Counted from the stretch's first letter, positions 51,150 to 62,224 are shown. The stretch: 64,000 nt of DNA from an uncultured Planctomycetota bacterium (GCA_963823665.1 CAWGMQ010000010.1:96001-160000); one strand, 5' to 3'. Program-made: numbers and translations. The notes: a model not told the origin generated them from the sequence alone.

Positions 51150-51845
51150 ATGCCCGTCAGACTGGTGGCCCTTGATGAAGGTCCAGACATTGTGTTGGAC
51201 CGCGCCATGGTGGTCGTGGGCCGGCATCCTTCGTGCGATACACGTCTCGACTCATTGCGTGTTTCGCGTCAACACTGCTGCATGAGCCAGGATAAGGGCG
51301 AAGTCACCGTGCGTGACTTGGGCAGCACCAACGGCATCAGGATCAACGGGCAGAGGGTCGAGCGCGGACGGTTGCGTCCCGGCGACGAGCTTTCGATCGC
51401 GCACATTCGTTTTCGTCTCGAAAATGGTCAGGGGCACGAGCAGACAATCGTCGAATCGGATGGAATATTGGGCGGACCCCCTCAGCCCAAGGAAGGTCCT
51501 TCGAAGCCTCCGGTCGCCTCAGCGTCGCCCCTTGAGATCAGCCCGGAGTGCGATCCCTCTCCGTTCGAAGTGGGAGGAGAAAACGCATTCGCGGCCGCCG
51601 TGCGCAAGCTGCTCCCCAACGGCGTCGCTGATAAGTGCCGGATTCAGGTCATCGTCCAGATGCCCGGCGAGGGAAAGCCACAAGTCGGAGAGAGCCTGAA
51701 CCGCTCGTCGCATCTCACGCCTCGGAGAATGCGGGCGAATGTCATTCCGCATCGTCCCACTCGTGAAGGGAACGGCCCCGGCGATCGCACTTTACCGGCC
51801 CGTGCTCTTGATTGGCCGGCACCTCGAGTGCGACGTTCGCCTTGA
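51150..51845 (+). CDS. FHA domain protein; C-terminus uncertain because it overlaps the next gene
   Basis: VVGRHPSCD..VSRQHC..DLGSTNGIRING..GDELSI. Confidence 0.88.
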   Translation: MPVRLVALDEGPDIVLDRAMVVVGRHPSCDTRLDSLRVSRQHCCMSQDKGEVTVRDLGSTNGIRINGQRVERGRLRPGDELSIAHIRFRLENGQGHEQTIVESDGILGGPPQPKEGPSKPPVASASPLEISPECDPSPFEVGGENAFAAAVRKLLPNGVADKCRIQVIVQMPGEGKPQVGESLNRSSHLTPRRMRANVIPHRPTREGNGPGDRTLPARALDWPAPRVRRSP

Positions 51846-52179
51846 TTCACCCAAGGTCTCCCGTCGCCACTGCTGTGTCGCAACCGCCTATGATCGAGTG
51901 TTGATTCGCGATCTCGGCAGCCGCAACGGCGTGCGCGTCAATGGCCGCCTGCTCGACGAATCTCGGCTGCTGCCGGGAGACGAGCTGGCGATCGGCCCGA
52001 TCTTGTTCCGCCTGGAACAAGAGGAGGAGAGCCGCGCCCGGCCCCGGCCCTGCCGGCACCGCCGCCTTCGGTGCCGCGCCACGCCGGTTGCACAGAGACC
52101 GCCCGCAGTGCACCGGCAGCCTCCATCGCACCGGAGCGCCGACTCGGACGTCGATCTCGTGCCCATCGACGACATTTGA
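51739..52179 (+). CDS. FHA domain protein
   Basis: LIGRHLECD..VSRRHC..DLGSRNGVRVNG..GDELAIG. Confidence 0.88.
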   Translation: MSFRIVPLVKGTAPAIALYRPVLLIGRHLECDVRLDSPKVSRRHCCVATAYDRVLIRDLGSRNGVRVNGRLLDESRLLPGDELAIGPILFRLEQEEESRARPRPCRHRRLRCRATPVAQRPPAVHRQPPSHRSADSDVDLVPIDDI

Positions 52180-52427
52180 AAATTCGAGCTCTGGGTTGAC
52201 TTCGCAACTTACAATGTTTCGTGGTCTTCGTTCGATTGGTCCGATGGCTGCCTCTGAATTCGCAGGATTCGCTCCCGGAGGCGGCTCTTATCGTACGATG
52301 CACCGCGAGTTGTATGATATAGAGTTTGTAGGTCGTTGCCGAGACAGCGACGCGTGGCTTCACTGACTAGGCTTCTGACGACACTGACGCCGGCCGACGC
52401 ATTTGCTCAGCCGCCAGGAGGTTCACG

Positions 52428-53533
52428 ATGCTCCGATGGATCCGAGTTCCACTGGGATTGGTCTTGATCCTCTCGGTCTCGGGAGGATACTGCCCGCGCT
52501 CAATACGGGTGGGGCTGGGGTGGCTGGGGTGGCTGGGGCGAAACCCCGCAGGGCTCGATCGCCCGGGGGCTGGGTGCCCTGTACGCCGGCGCCGGAATGT
52601 ACAACGAGCAGACGGCCGTCGCCCGCAGTATCAACGAGGATACCTGGCAGCGATGGAACCAGTATCTCTACCTTTCCAACGAAGAGGCGACCCGCAAATA
52701 TCTCGCCAAGAAGTACTTCGACATTCAGAACAACAAGAACGCATACAACTCGATCATGAAGCGGCTCCAAGATAACCCCACCTCCCGTGACGTCGACGAC
52801 GGCGACGCTCTGAACGCCGCGCTCGACCAGTTGAGCGATCCTCGCATCCAGAGCTCGTCGCTCAAAGCGGCTTCGACCCCCATTCCGGCGAAGATTATCG
52901 CCGATATTCCGTTCCGATATGCGTCCGAAGCCGTCACCATCATCATGACCAACCTGAAAGGGGCCAAGCAATGGCCGCCCGCGTTGGAAATCGGCCGTTT
53001 CGCTGAGGACAAGAAAGAGTTCGAGGAGGTCGCCGAACAGTGCCGGAAAGAGGATGAAGACGGCGAGCATCTCCCCGCAGACGATCAAGCGGGCAAAGGA
53101 CTTGGTCGCGCGCATCCGCGGAAAGCTCGCACAAGACCCGCTCCCGGATCCCAGGGACAACAATGCCGCTGAGCGGTTCGTGAAGACTCTTGCGGGATTG
53201 GTGAAGCTGCTCGAGAAGCCCGATACTCGGGAAGTGCTCGATCAGTTGCGAAAGGCTCCTCCCAATACGACCGTCGGCAATTTGATCGGTTTCATGCACG
53301 TCTACAACCTGCGCTTCGCCGCCGCGACCACTCCGAGTCAAAAAATGATCTATGAACAGCTCTATCCGTTGCTTGACCAGGCGCGCGACAAAGTCGTGAA
53401 GGCCATCGACGAGAGTGTCGCCGTCGAGGGAGACCCCAAGCACGTCGGCGACTACTTCAGCAAGATGAATCCCGACGACTTCGAGGGCAAGCCCAAGAAA
53501 GACGCACCCAAACCGCCCGAACCGAAAGAGTGA
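52428..53533 (+). CDS. Hypothetical secreted protein, apparent frameshifts near 52495 and 53070
   Basis: ATG follows CAGGAGG. Signal-like MLRWIRVPLGLVLILSV, then QYGWGWGGWGGWG..ARGLG and helical ORF pieces 52597-53172 and 53054-53533. Confidence 0.7.
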
Positions 53534-53568
53534 GCGGCCCGGCCCCTCGCCGCCCACACGTTGACCAC

Positions 53569-53702
53569 AGGGACGAGCACCCCATGCCAAAACGGGTGCC
53601 CGTCCCTCTCATTTTCAGGGATGGTTCAATCGCGCCCCAGTTCGGGTAACACGTTGCGCAGTCGTCCTGGCGACTACACTAGCCCGAAGCGTAAGCGAGG
53701 GA
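53569..53702. repeat. REP-like palindromes between convergent genes
   Basis: agggacgagcaccc...gggtgcccgtccct is a 14-bp stem with 1 mismatch (53569-53607). cactagcccgaagcgtaagcgaggga lies at 53677-53702. Confidence 0.6.
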
Positions 53703-53829
53703 TTCGGTCAGTCTCGGTCCCGCTTCACGCTACCTCGCCGGCGGTGTCTCCCGCAACTGAACCAGGCCCTTTTTCATCCACGCGACCTATAGGACGGAGC
53801 CAGCGTCTTCCGACTCTCACCTCGAAAGC

Positions 53830-54666
53830 CTAACCACTCGCGGGCAGATCGCGCACCGCGAAGGCCGCGAACGCCGCCAGGATGCAGGTCGTGCCGACTC
53901 CCGCCAGGATCGCCAGATGAAGCTGATACGTGTCGCCGCCGCTCACGGCTTGAACCGGGTTGTAGGCCTTGAAGATCGACATCTTCTCGACGTAGGGCTC
54001 CCAGTTCTGTGACTGTAGCACCGGGATCAAGGAAATGATCAGCCCGATGTAGCCCAGGAGCGTCAGCACACTCCCCACCAGTGTGGCCCTCCAGCGCACC
54101 TGGTCGAGTGCCGAAGCCAGCAGCGTATATCCGTAGATCGGCAGGCCCAGGACGGCCAGATTGATCGCCGGGTACAGCATTTCCAATGTGGCCGGCCGCA
54201 CACGCAGCACGTTGTAGTGCACCGCGACTGCGGCCCCGGCCATGAGCGCACCAGCCAGGAGCACCAGCCCGGTCACACTCACGATCACGCCGGAGGCCAG
54301 ATACGCCCAGCGCGAGATCGGACGCGACAAGAGCAGATCCATCGTCCCTCGCTCCACCTCTGCGGCAACCGCGGCTGATCTACGACCGACCGCCCAGATC
54401 GAGAGAAGCAGAATGATGAACGGATGGCTCCACGAAGCCATGATCAGTGAGATGGAGGCCGGCTGCTCGCCGATACCCATCATCCGCAGCATCCCGATTC
54501 GCCCTTGCTCGGAATCGTCTCCCAATCGCTTGACGATCTCGGCCTCGTTCAGCGACGTCACCCAGACGAACAACCACCCCAGCCCGAAAAGGACCGCGGC
54601 CGAAAGCCCAAGCGTCCATCGCGATTCGTGAATCTGCTTGCGAAGCAGTGCCAGGAACGGTCTCAT
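53830..54666 (-). CDS. ABC-2 type transporter permease
   Basis: Multiple TM helices; AAEVERGTMDLLLSRPISR motif; overlaps the ATPase stop. Confidence 0.88.
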   Translation of the reverse strand: MRPFLALLRKQIHESRWTLGLSAAVLFGLGWLFVWVTSLNEAEIVKRLGDDSEQGRIGMLRMMGIGEQPASISLIMASWSHPFIILLLSIWAVGRRSAAVAAEVERGTMDLLLSRPISRWAYLASGVIVSVTGLVLLAGALMAGAAVAVHYNVLRVRPATLEMLYPAINLAVLGLPIYGYTLLASALDQVRWRATLVGSVLTLLGYIGLIISLIPVLQSQNWEPYVEKMSIFKAYNPVQAVSGGDTYQLHLAILAGVGTTCILAAFAAFAVRDLPASG

Positions 54667-55589
54667 GCTAGCTCGTCCTCGTCCGGCTTGTCGTCGGGCA
54701 CATTCGGTCCGTGAAACTGATCGTACAGGCTGCGCAGGTCTTCCGTGCCCACGGCCAGGTCGCGCACCGGAACTCTCGAGAGCCACCCGAGCAGCCCCGG
54801 CAGATCGCCGTGGTGCTCCAGCAGCACCGTTCCGTCGTTTCGCTCCCGCACCGCCAGCTCTAGCTCATCGGGAAAAACAGGCTCCATTCCCGGGTCGAAG
54901 CGTAAGAGCAGCATGCGCAACCCGCGCCTGGCATGCATGTCCTCGACATGCATCAATCGTCCCTTGCGCATAATCGCCACACGGTCCGCCACCTGCTCAA
55001 CTTCCGCCAGCACATGCCCGGAGAAGATCACCGTCTGCCCCTGCGACCGCGCCGCATGCACGAGCGAGATCACGATGCTCCGTGCCGAGGGGTCCAGCGC
55101 CGAAGTCGGCTCGTCCAGGATCAAGACCTGCACTGGATCGCTGAAGACCTGCGCAAGCGCCAGCTTCTGCTTCATCCCGGTCGAATATGTCCTCACCTTC
55201 CTGCCCAGGTCGAGCTTCATGATTCGCTCGGCGATCGCCACGGCACGATCGAGCCCGATTCCGTCACGCAGGTCCGAAAGCATCTTGAGCGTGGCGTAGC
55301 CAGTCATCGACCCGTACATCCGAAGCTCGCCCGAGAGATACGAAACCAGCCGTCGCACATCGAGACTTTCTCGCCAGCAGTCAAATTTGCCCACATTCGC
55401 CGAACCCGACGTCGGCTTGAGCAAACCCAGCAAGATCCGAATCGTCGTCGTCTTTCCAGAACCGTTCGGACCAAGTAATCCATATACCTCCCCGGCTCGC
55501 ACCTCCAAACTCAACGCCTTGAGCGCATTCACCCGCCCGTAAAACTTCGTTAACCCCTTCGTCTGAATGAACGCGTCGTCTTTCTCCAC
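54663..55589 (-). CDS. ABC transporter ATP-binding protein
   Basis: GPNGSGKTT, YSTGMKQK, LILDEPT and H-loop SGH. Confidence 0.95.
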   Translation of the reverse strand: MEKDDAFIQTKGLTKFYGRVNALKALSLEVRAGEVYGLLGPNGSGKTTTIRILLGLLKPTSGSANVGKFDCWRESLDVRRLVSYLSGELRMYGSMTGYATLKMLSDLRDGIGLDRAVAIAERIMKLDLGRKVRTYSTGMKQKLALAQVFSDPVQVLILDEPTSALDPSARSIVISLVHAARSQGQTVIFSGHVLAEVEQVADRVAIMRKGRLMHVEDMHARRGLRMLLLRFDPGMEPVFPDELELAVRERNDGTVLLEHHGDLPGLLGWLSRVPVRDLAVGTEDLRSLYDQFHGPNVPDDKPDEDELA

Positions 55590-55958
55590 CTTACAATCCC
55601 TTATCGATTTCCGACATTTGTTCGCTTACTATTTCTGGTCGGCCGTTTCGCGCATCCAAGCGATGGCCATCGTCCAGACTTCGCCAAACGCCAGTCGCAG
55701 GTGATTAATCTTCCAGTTGTTACACGGATCGCCCCGTATGTCCGCCGAGCAGTAACCAGCTCTGAAATGGGAATAACTTCGCGGTCCCACGAGAACTAGA
55801 TGGTCTTTTATGGCGATTCGTCCGATACACTGAGTGCAAGCGAACGAGGATCGAGTATCAGCATTGCGAATGCGCTGGTCAATGGTCGTCTGTGGAAGTT
55901 GAAGACCGAGAAATCGTCCACCGTGTGCCGCAAGCAGTTTTTCGAGGAGAGAACCCGA

Positions 55959-56180
55959 ATGAGTTTGTCGCTGGGGCATCGGCAGCCGAATCGTCCGCGC
56001 GCCTTCCTCCGACTGTGGCGCGGGGCCGCGACGGATTCGTCTCCGATCGTGTGGCGCATCAACGGCTATCGAGCCACGCTGCTGGTCTGGACTCCGGAAG
56101 AGTGGGCCGAGCTGGATGTCCCGCCCGCTGATGCCCAGTATCATCCGAGCGGAATCTGGTGTGCGCTGAGAGTCGAGTGA
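55959..56180 (+). CDS. Small hypothetical protein
   Basis: ATG follows GAGGAGA. Protein-like WRINGYRATLLVWTPEEW..PPADAQYHPSGIWCALRVE. Confidence 0.55.
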   Translation: MSLSLGHRQPNRPRAFLRLWRGAATDSSPIVWRINGYRATLLVWTPEEWAELDVPPADAQYHPSGIWCALRVE

Positions 56181-56275
56181 GCGGAAGCGCTGGGTTCAGA
56201 GGAACGACGCTCGTGTCTCGAATCCCTTCATCCGCGGATCACCAGGGAAGCCCGATGCCGGACTGCCGGTCGAGG

Positions 56276-57013
56276 TCATTGGGTTCCCGGCGCTCGCGCC
56301 GCCGGTTTCGCCTCCGGCTTTGCAGCCACCGGTTTGACAGGCCGCGGATAAAGGGCAACCAGAACCTCGGTTCCCACCTCCGGTACATGCGCCGGATTGG
56401 CCATGAACGTGCGCTCGGTGTCATTCGCCGAGCTTTCGATCGGCAGGTCCAGAATCGCATTCGAAAAATTCGCAACCGTGATCAGATCGCCATCGTCTGC
56501 CGCATATCGCTTCTTCTTGCTGAACGGATCGTCATAGAAAAAGCTTCCGGCGAAAACCCAATCCCGCGAAAGCGGTTTGCCGTTGTCGCCCTTCACCCAC
56601 TCCCTCGCGTCTTGAGTCCGCAGCTTGCCGTCCTGCAACCAGCGGACTTCGATTGCGACCGCACTCCCGGTCGGGGGCTCGAATTTGGGCACGAATTGCA
56701 CCGGCTTTCCCGCATCGGCGCCCGTCAGAATGAGGCCGGTGTGGATCTCAAGCGGAACTGCATCCGTCGACAGGATCGCCTCGTGTTCCTTCGTTCCCTT
56801 CAAGCACATCAGGTGCTCGAGATTCCCGTCCCGCAACACAACCCGTGCCTTCAGGTACAGTCGCTTTTCCTTGGGGTCGAACCAGAGGCTTCGCCCCAGC
56901 TTCTTCCACGACGGGTCGGGTGCAGGCGCAGCCGCGACCGTCTTGGCGGTCGCCTTCGGCGGCGCCTCATCTTGATATCCGACCAGAACGGCCAGAACGA
57001 GAGCGACGTGCAT
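56276..57013 (-). CDS. YdjY domain-containing secreted protein
   Basis: LEHLMC..TKEHEAIL..HTGLILTGA..G.PV..PPTG..WVFAGSFF..GDLITVANF..ILDLP. Confidence 0.8.
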   Translation of the reverse strand: MHVALVLAVLVGYQDEAPPKATAKTVAAAPAPDPSWKKLGRSLWFDPKEKRLYLKARVVLRDGNLEHLMCLKGTKEHEAILSTDAVPLEIHTGLILTGADAGKPVQFVPKFEPPTGSAVAIEVRWLQDGKLRTQDAREWVKGDNGKPLSRDWVFAGSFFYDDPFSKKKRYAADDGDLITVANFSNAILDLPIESSANDTERTFMANPAHVPEVGTEVLVALYPRPVKPVAAKPEAKPAARAPGTQ

Positions 57014-57157
57014 GGTTCACCCGCATGGTCTGAGTTGACATTCACGATCCCGTCTCAACATCAGCATCGCCAAAACTCCCCACGGCATCAAGCCGCCAGC
57101 GATCCCCACGCCGTCCTGCAGCCCTTGCTCGTCACTCCGGTCATTCGCTTTTCGGCC

Positions 57158-57198
57158 AAAAAAGAAGAGGCCGCCGGAACCAGGATTCCGACGGCCTC
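57158..57198 (-). terminator. Rho-independent terminator after the secretin gene
   Basis: Minus strand: gaggccgtcggaa-tcctgg-ttccggcggcctc followed by ttctttttt. Confidence 0.8.
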
Positions 57199-57254
57199 AC
57201 GCCTGTTTTTAACCGAGCTCGTTCAGCCGAGCTGCCTTTGAACCCTTGGCCGGT

Positions 57255-60200
57255 TCAGAAGGCGACCGACGGAATTCCGAGCTTTTCTTCTTCTTCCTCG
57301 AGGATCACAATTCGCGGCGTGACCATCAACATGACGCTGCTCGTCACACGATTGATGCCCACGTTGCGGAAGAGACGGTCGAGCACCGGGATCTTGGAAA
57401 CGACCGGCACGCCAAACTCGTTCCTCGCCTCGTTCAACTGCTTCACACCGCCCAGGAGCACGGTGCCACCGTCGGGAACGGTGACGGTCGTCGTGATCGT
57501 CGTCGTGGTTGTGTTGGGGAGCTGAATCGTGGTCTGGATCGTCGTGGCACCGCCGCCTAAACCGCTACCGCCGACCGCACCGCCGGGGAACGTGAAGGTC
57601 TGGAGGCTGTTGAGGGCGTTGAAGAATGGCGTCAAGGTCATTCGCACATACCGGCGGTCAGCCGACACGACCGGGGTGACGTTCATGGTCACACCGCTCG
57701 GGATCAAGCCGACCGTCGGCGAGTACGCCACCGCACCTGGGCCGACAATCGGCGTCAGCGACGCGATGTAGTACTGCACGATGTTGTTGAAGATCGTCGC
57801 ATTAGCACCGTTGAACGTTGTGACCTTGGGTGCCTGGAGCACGTTCGCTCGCTGGTCGCCTTGAGCCGCCGTGAGGAACAGATAGACTTCCAGGTCGCTC
57901 AGGAAGGCGATGCCAAATGTACCGCCCGCCCCTTGCTGGAAACTCGAAGGCTGAGCGAGGCTGGCCGTCGGCCCCGTGTACGGCAGGTCGAGGTTCGGCG
58001 AGAAGTTCGCCAGGCCGCCACCCTGCGTACCCACGATGATCGGTTGGTTATTCCCCAGAGCGTGGTCGCGAATCGGGTTCACCAGATAAACCGGCTGTTC
58101 CGTCACACCACCGCCCCCTCCACCCGTCGTGCCGCCGGTGCCGCCGGCCGTGCCGCCGGCCGTGCTGCCGCCGGTTCCGCCGCCGCCGGTCGTGCCGCCG
58201 CCGGTTGTGCCGCCGCCGGTCGTGCCGCCGCCGGTTGTGCCGCCGCCGGTTCCTCCGCCGCCGGTCGCCGTGCCGCCGCCACCGGTCGCCGTGCCCGTCG
58301 CCGAGCCGGTGATCGTTCCGGTCGTGAGCCCCGGAATCGGGAACAGCGACGTGGTCGGGTTCGGAACCGCGAAGGTACTGTGCTTACCGACCGTGTCCGA
58401 CTGGATCTGGAAGTCGAAGTCCACACCGATGAACTCGAAGAACGTGTCCTGAACTGTGATGAATCGCACTTCAACCGAGACCTGAAGGTCCTGCAGCCGG
58501 CGAAGCTGACGCAGCAGGTCGGCGACTTGCTCGTGCACCTCGGCAGTGTGCTTGATGATCAAGCTGATGCTGAGGAAGAACGGCACGATCGCTCCCGGCT
58601 GCCGCTGGGTGTCGATGCCACCCGCGTCGCCGCCAAACCCGCCGCCCATGCCGTATGCCGGCGGCACCGCGTGCCCGTAGCCGTCCTGGATGTTCCAGGT
58701 GCCCGGCGCGATCGACGTCGTGATCAACTGGATGATCGGCATCAGGTCGACCATCGGCCGTTCGCCCTTGGCCACACCCTGGCCGGGTGCAACACGGCTG
58801 AATCGAGGGTCGCCGACCGCGAAGGCGCCTTGTGTCTGAATGCCGTTCGCGTCCATCTGCGCTTGTTCCTCGAGCGGGCTGGGTTGCAACACCGTGTGCG
58901 GCAGTCTGGCGTCGCCACCGCGATCCGGCGGAATCACCAGGTCGCCGACATAGTACGTCTTGGGAAACGTCTGCGAGCTGTCCATCTGCGGACTGGTAAT
59001 CAGCACGACCTCTTCCTCAAGCCGGTACGTCAGTCCCAGTGGCTTGAGCAAGAGCTTGAGCACGCTCTTGAGCGGCACCTGGTTCACCTGCAGGCTCACC
59101 GGCGAGCTCGAGGTCAGCCCTTCCTCGCCCAGTGCCTTCGGGTCCAGAACGATGTTCAGCCCCGTGTAGTTCTGCAGGAACGTGATCGCCTCGGAAAGCG
59201 GCTGCTTGTCCATGTTGATCGACACCCTGTCCTTCAGCTTGGCCTCGATCGCCAGCACGTGCGGGTCCTTCTTGGGCTCCAGCCGCGCGTTCATTTCCAG
59301 CCGGTCGCGCGTCAGGTCCTTGAAGTTCTTCGCATACGTGATCCCGCGAAGCTGGAGTTCCGGGTCCATGATCGACGCGTTGTCGACTGCCTGGAACGCC
59401 GTCACGATTCCGTTTTCCTTGTCGGCGTTGTTCTGCTTATCCGTCTTGAATCGCCGCTCCATCTTTGACTTGTAGACCAGAATGGTCGCGGCCAGCTCAT
59501 TGGGATCGATCTCCTGCGCCCGCTTGGCAAGGGCCTCGGCCTCGACGTACTTGCCCTCGGCGTACGCGGCCATGGCCTTGTCCATCAGATCTTTCATCTT
59601 GGCTTTTTTGGCCTTGTCGGCCTCCAGGATGCGTAGCCGCTTCATTTCGATTTCGGTGCGGGTTGCCTTGTCGGCCATCTTCCGCTCGAAGTCGACCTTG
59701 TCCTTCTTGGCAAGCTCGATGGCCACTTCCAGCCGGCGAATCATGGGCCGCGTCAGGTCCTGCGAGAGGCCCGAGGCGTGCACCGCCTGGATCGTCTGCT
59801 CGTAGATGGCAATCGCCTTGTCCGGATCGGTTTCATGCAGCCGGCGGCCTTCACCGATCTTCGTGCCGACCTCCGCATTGAGCTTCTGGGCCGCAAGCGC
59901 CTCCGCGTCCTGAGCGTTGCGGGTGGTCGCTTTGCCGTCGCCCTTGACCTTGTCGTCGGGTTTCTGCTTGTCGTCAGACAGCTTCGCCAGCAGCCCCTCG
60001 ACCTTCTCCCGCAGGCTCTCGTCCAGCGAGTCGCCCGCCGCCGATACCTCCGTGAGCAGCAGCCGCGCTCTGGCCTTGTCGCCGGAACGAATTGCCGACA
60101 GGGCCGTCTCGTACAGGCTAAGCGCACCGCCTTGCTCGGCAAGCTTCGTCTGGGCGATCAGCTCGTCCGCCTGCGCGTCGACGCCGAACTTCCCTTCCTT

Positions 60201-61733
60201 CGCTTGTGTGGCAAGCTGCTTGGCTGCCTCGTAATTTCCGTTCTTGTACAGAGCCTGGGCTTCACTCAGCAGTTGCATCCCGCGGTTCCCCGCCGGAGCG
60301 GCCGCAACCGGCAGCGAGGCAACTGGATCCAGAGCACCCGCAGCGGCAGCCGCCGGTGCCGGCACTGCCGCCTGCTGCGCTCCCGGGTCCGTCGGCGCCG
60401 AAAGCGCCGGGCCAGGCTCAGCAGCCGGAGCACTCACCGAGCTCTGCCGGACCGCCGGGTCCGCCGCCGGTGCCAGCTCGATGCCACCGCCAGCCGCGAC
60501 GGCCGGCGCCGCGCTCGCCTCGGCAGCACTGAGCTCCTCAGCCTCCACAAATTTCTTCGCCGCGGCCACCGGCTCGCCCTTGGCCAGCAGTGCATCGGCT
60601 TCCCGCTCGGCGACCGCGCTTCGGGGAGCATCGGCCGGAAGCGTGTTCACAACCGGCTGGCTCTTCGCCGCACGGGCCATCACGATCTCGTGCAGCACCG
60701 CCTCGGGGCGATCGGAAGTCACCGGCGGCACGACGTTCATCCGCTCAGCCTTACGCGCCTTCGCTTCCGCCTCGTCCAGCTTGCCCACCTTGATGAGCTG
60801 ACGTGATTCCTGCAGCAGCACGTCGTAGACCGCCAGGCTCGACTGGTCTCGCGCCGGCGTGTTCCGGATCTTGTCCCGCCGCCTCAGGGCGCGGGCCGCC
60901 GCCGCAACCTTGTCCGGGTTATCCTCGAATATCCCGTATGAGAGCCCCCAGCCCTTGACATCCAGCGCGATCGCTTCGGCCTGCTCGAAATGGCGGTCGC
61001 CGATCGCCGCACGTGCCTCGCGAAGCCTCGCCTTCGCCGCACGCCGGTCGTGCACCTCGATCGCAGACCCAGCGCGACTGGCAACAGCTTTCGGCCGTGC
61101 TTTCTTGATGTCTTCACCCACGCGGGCGGGCGTATCGTCGAACAGCCCCCACTTGACGTTCAAGGCCTCCGCCTCGTCCGCCTTGTGCTGGGCCTCGTCG
61201 TACTTGCCCTGAATCAGCTTCTCGCGAGCCTCGTGCAGCAGCCACCGTGCTCGGGCCCGCGCGTCCACGCTCGGGCCAATCTGGTCCGGCCCCGCTGCGC
61301 CGCCCGGAATCCCTCCCGTCCGTGTCAACGGCACGTCTTTGGGCGCCGTTGATCGCGGCATCGGTGCGGCCGCCGCCGCCCCGACCGGCGCACCCGGCGA
61401 GGGTGCCACCGGCTCGACAGCCCCCGCAGCCTTTGCCCTCGCCTTCGGCAGCTCATTCAGATAGGCGTCGAGCGCGGACTGCTCGTCCGTCGACAGCATG
61501 TCTCGGTACCGATCGGCGGCTTCCAGATACTTGGAAGCCTGCTCGAGCTTCTTTGCATCGCCGGCAGCCGCCGCTTCGTTGTACAATCGCGACCCGGCTT
61601 CCAGGTACTTGATCGGGGGCGCGGGCGGCGGCTTTCGGGTCGCCGAAGTCGCGTCATCGGCGGCAGCCACCGCAGTGGCACCTCCGCATGCGCCCAGGAT
61701 CAAGATGAGACTGACCGTTCTAAGCCTTCCCAA
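57255..61733 (-). CDS. Giant secretin (GspD/PilQ family) with long helical N-terminal extension
   Basis: LRRLQDLQVSVEVRFITV, NVLQAPKVTTFNG, VTPVVSADRRYVRMTL, TVTVPDGGTVLLGG, GVPVVSKIPVLDRLFRN and MLMVTPRIVI. Likely TTG start at 61733 after AAGGAGG. Confidence 0.92.
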   Translation of the reverse strand: MGRLRTVSLILILGACGGATAVAAADDATSATRKPPPAPPIKYLEAGSRLYNEAAAAGDAKKLEQASKYLEAADRYRDMLSTDEQSALDAYLNELPKARAKAAGAVEPVAPSPGAPVGAAAAAPMPRSTAPKDVPLTRTGGIPGGAAGPDQIGPSVDARARARWLLHEAREKLIQGKYDEAQHKADEAEALNVKWGLFDDTPARVGEDIKKARPKAVASRAGSAIEVHDRRAAKARLREARAAIGDRHFEQAEAIALDVKGWGLSYGIFEDNPDKVAAAARALRRRDKIRNTPARDQSSLAVYDVLLQESRQLIKVGKLDEAEAKARKAERMNVVPPVTSDRPEAVLHEIVMARAAKSQPVVNTLPADAPRSAVAEREADALLAKGEPVAAAKKFVEAEELSAAEASAAPAVAAGGGIELAPAADPAVRQSSVSAPAAEPGPALSAPTDPGAQQAAVPAPAAAAAGALDPVASLPVAAAPAGNRGMQLLSEAQALYKNGNYEAAKQLATQAKEGKFGVDAQADELIAQTKLAEQGGALSLYETALSAIRSGDKARARLLLTEVSAAGDSLDESLREKVEGLLAKLSDDKQKPDDKVKGDGKATTRNAQDAEALAAQKLNAEVGTKIGEGRRLHETDPDKAIAIYEQTIQAVHASGLSQDLTRPMIRRLEVAIELAKKDKVDFERKMADKATRTEIEMKRLRILEADKAKKAKMKDLMDKAMAAYAEGKYVEAEALAKRAQEIDPNELAATILVYKSKMERRFKTDKQNNADKENGIVTAFQAVDNASIMDPELQLRGITYAKNFKDLTRDRLEMNARLEPKKDPHVLAIEAKLKDRVSINMDKQPLSEAITFLQNYTGLNIVLDPKALGEEGLTSSSPVSLQVNQVPLKSVLKLLLKPLGLTYRLEEEVVLITSPQMDSSQTFPKTYYVGDLVIPPDRGGDARLPHTVLQPSPLEEQAQMDANGIQTQGAFAVGDPRFSRVAPGQGVAKGERPMVDLMPIIQLITTSIAPGTWNIQDGYGHAVPPAYGMGGGFGGDAGGIDTQRQPGAIVPFFLSISLIIKHTAEVHEQVADLLRQLRRLQDLQVSVEVRFITVQDTFFEFIGVDFDFQIQSDTVGKHSTFAVPNPTTSLFPIPGLTTGTITGSATGTATGGGGTATGGGGTGGGTTGGGTTGGGTTGGGTTGGGGTGGSTAGGTAGGTGGTTGGGGGGVTEQPVYLVNPIRDHALGNNQPIIVGTQGGGLANFSPNLDLPYTGPTASLAQPSSFQQGAGGTFGIAFLSDLEVYLFLTAAQGDQRANVLQAPKVTTFNGANATIFNNIVQYYIASLTPIVGPGAVAYSPTVGLIPSGVTMNVTPVVSADRRYVRMTLTPFFNALNSLQTFTFPGGAVGGSGLGGGATTIQTTIQLPNTTTTTITTTVTVPDGGTVLLGGVKQLNEARNEFGVPVVSKIPVLDRLFRNVGINRVTSSVMLMVTPRIVILEEEEEKLGIPSVAF
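58120..58295. repeat. Imperfect 15-bp repeats encoding (GGGTT)n inside the secretin
   Basis: ccggtcgtgccgccg / ccggttgtgccgccg units. Confidence 0.85.
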
Positions 61734-62152
61734 CGCGACCTCCTTTCCGCCGCTCGCGACGACGGCCGTCGACGTCCCTGGCGACGGCCAATTTCTCGTC
61801 ATCACAAGTGGGAGACTACTAGCCTATGGGGTTCGTCGTGCCACTCCGCTCGGGCGGATTGGCCGCTTCACCTGATCACCTGAAAGCTGGGCGAATGTGA
61901 CTTGCCGTCGCGATTTGGTGCACTGAGAACGGGTAGAAGATGGGAACGCTGTGTACCGGTAAGGTCCACCGCGGTCAAGGCGAATCCCCTTGCACCAATC
62001 GTTTCGTCCATATCTGATCGGCAAAACACCCTGTCAAACTTTGCCCACTCGTCGTACCGGTTACTTTCGGCATTTCCGGCCTCGATCGTTACAACTCGTA
62101 ATCCCTTCACAACACATTTCTTGAAACAATTCGCCAAAACCCCACCTTCCGG

Positions 62153-62185
62153 AAAAAAAGAACCCTCGCTCGAACGAGGGTTCTT
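62153..62185 (-). terminator. Rho-independent terminator
   Basis: aagaaccctcg stem on both arms with a 6-nt loop, and a T-tract on the minus strand about 40 bp after the stop at 62225. Confidence 0.85.
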
Positions 62186-62224
62186 GATCAGAAAGTCAAA
62201 ATGGGCGAAGTAGAACCCCGCACG

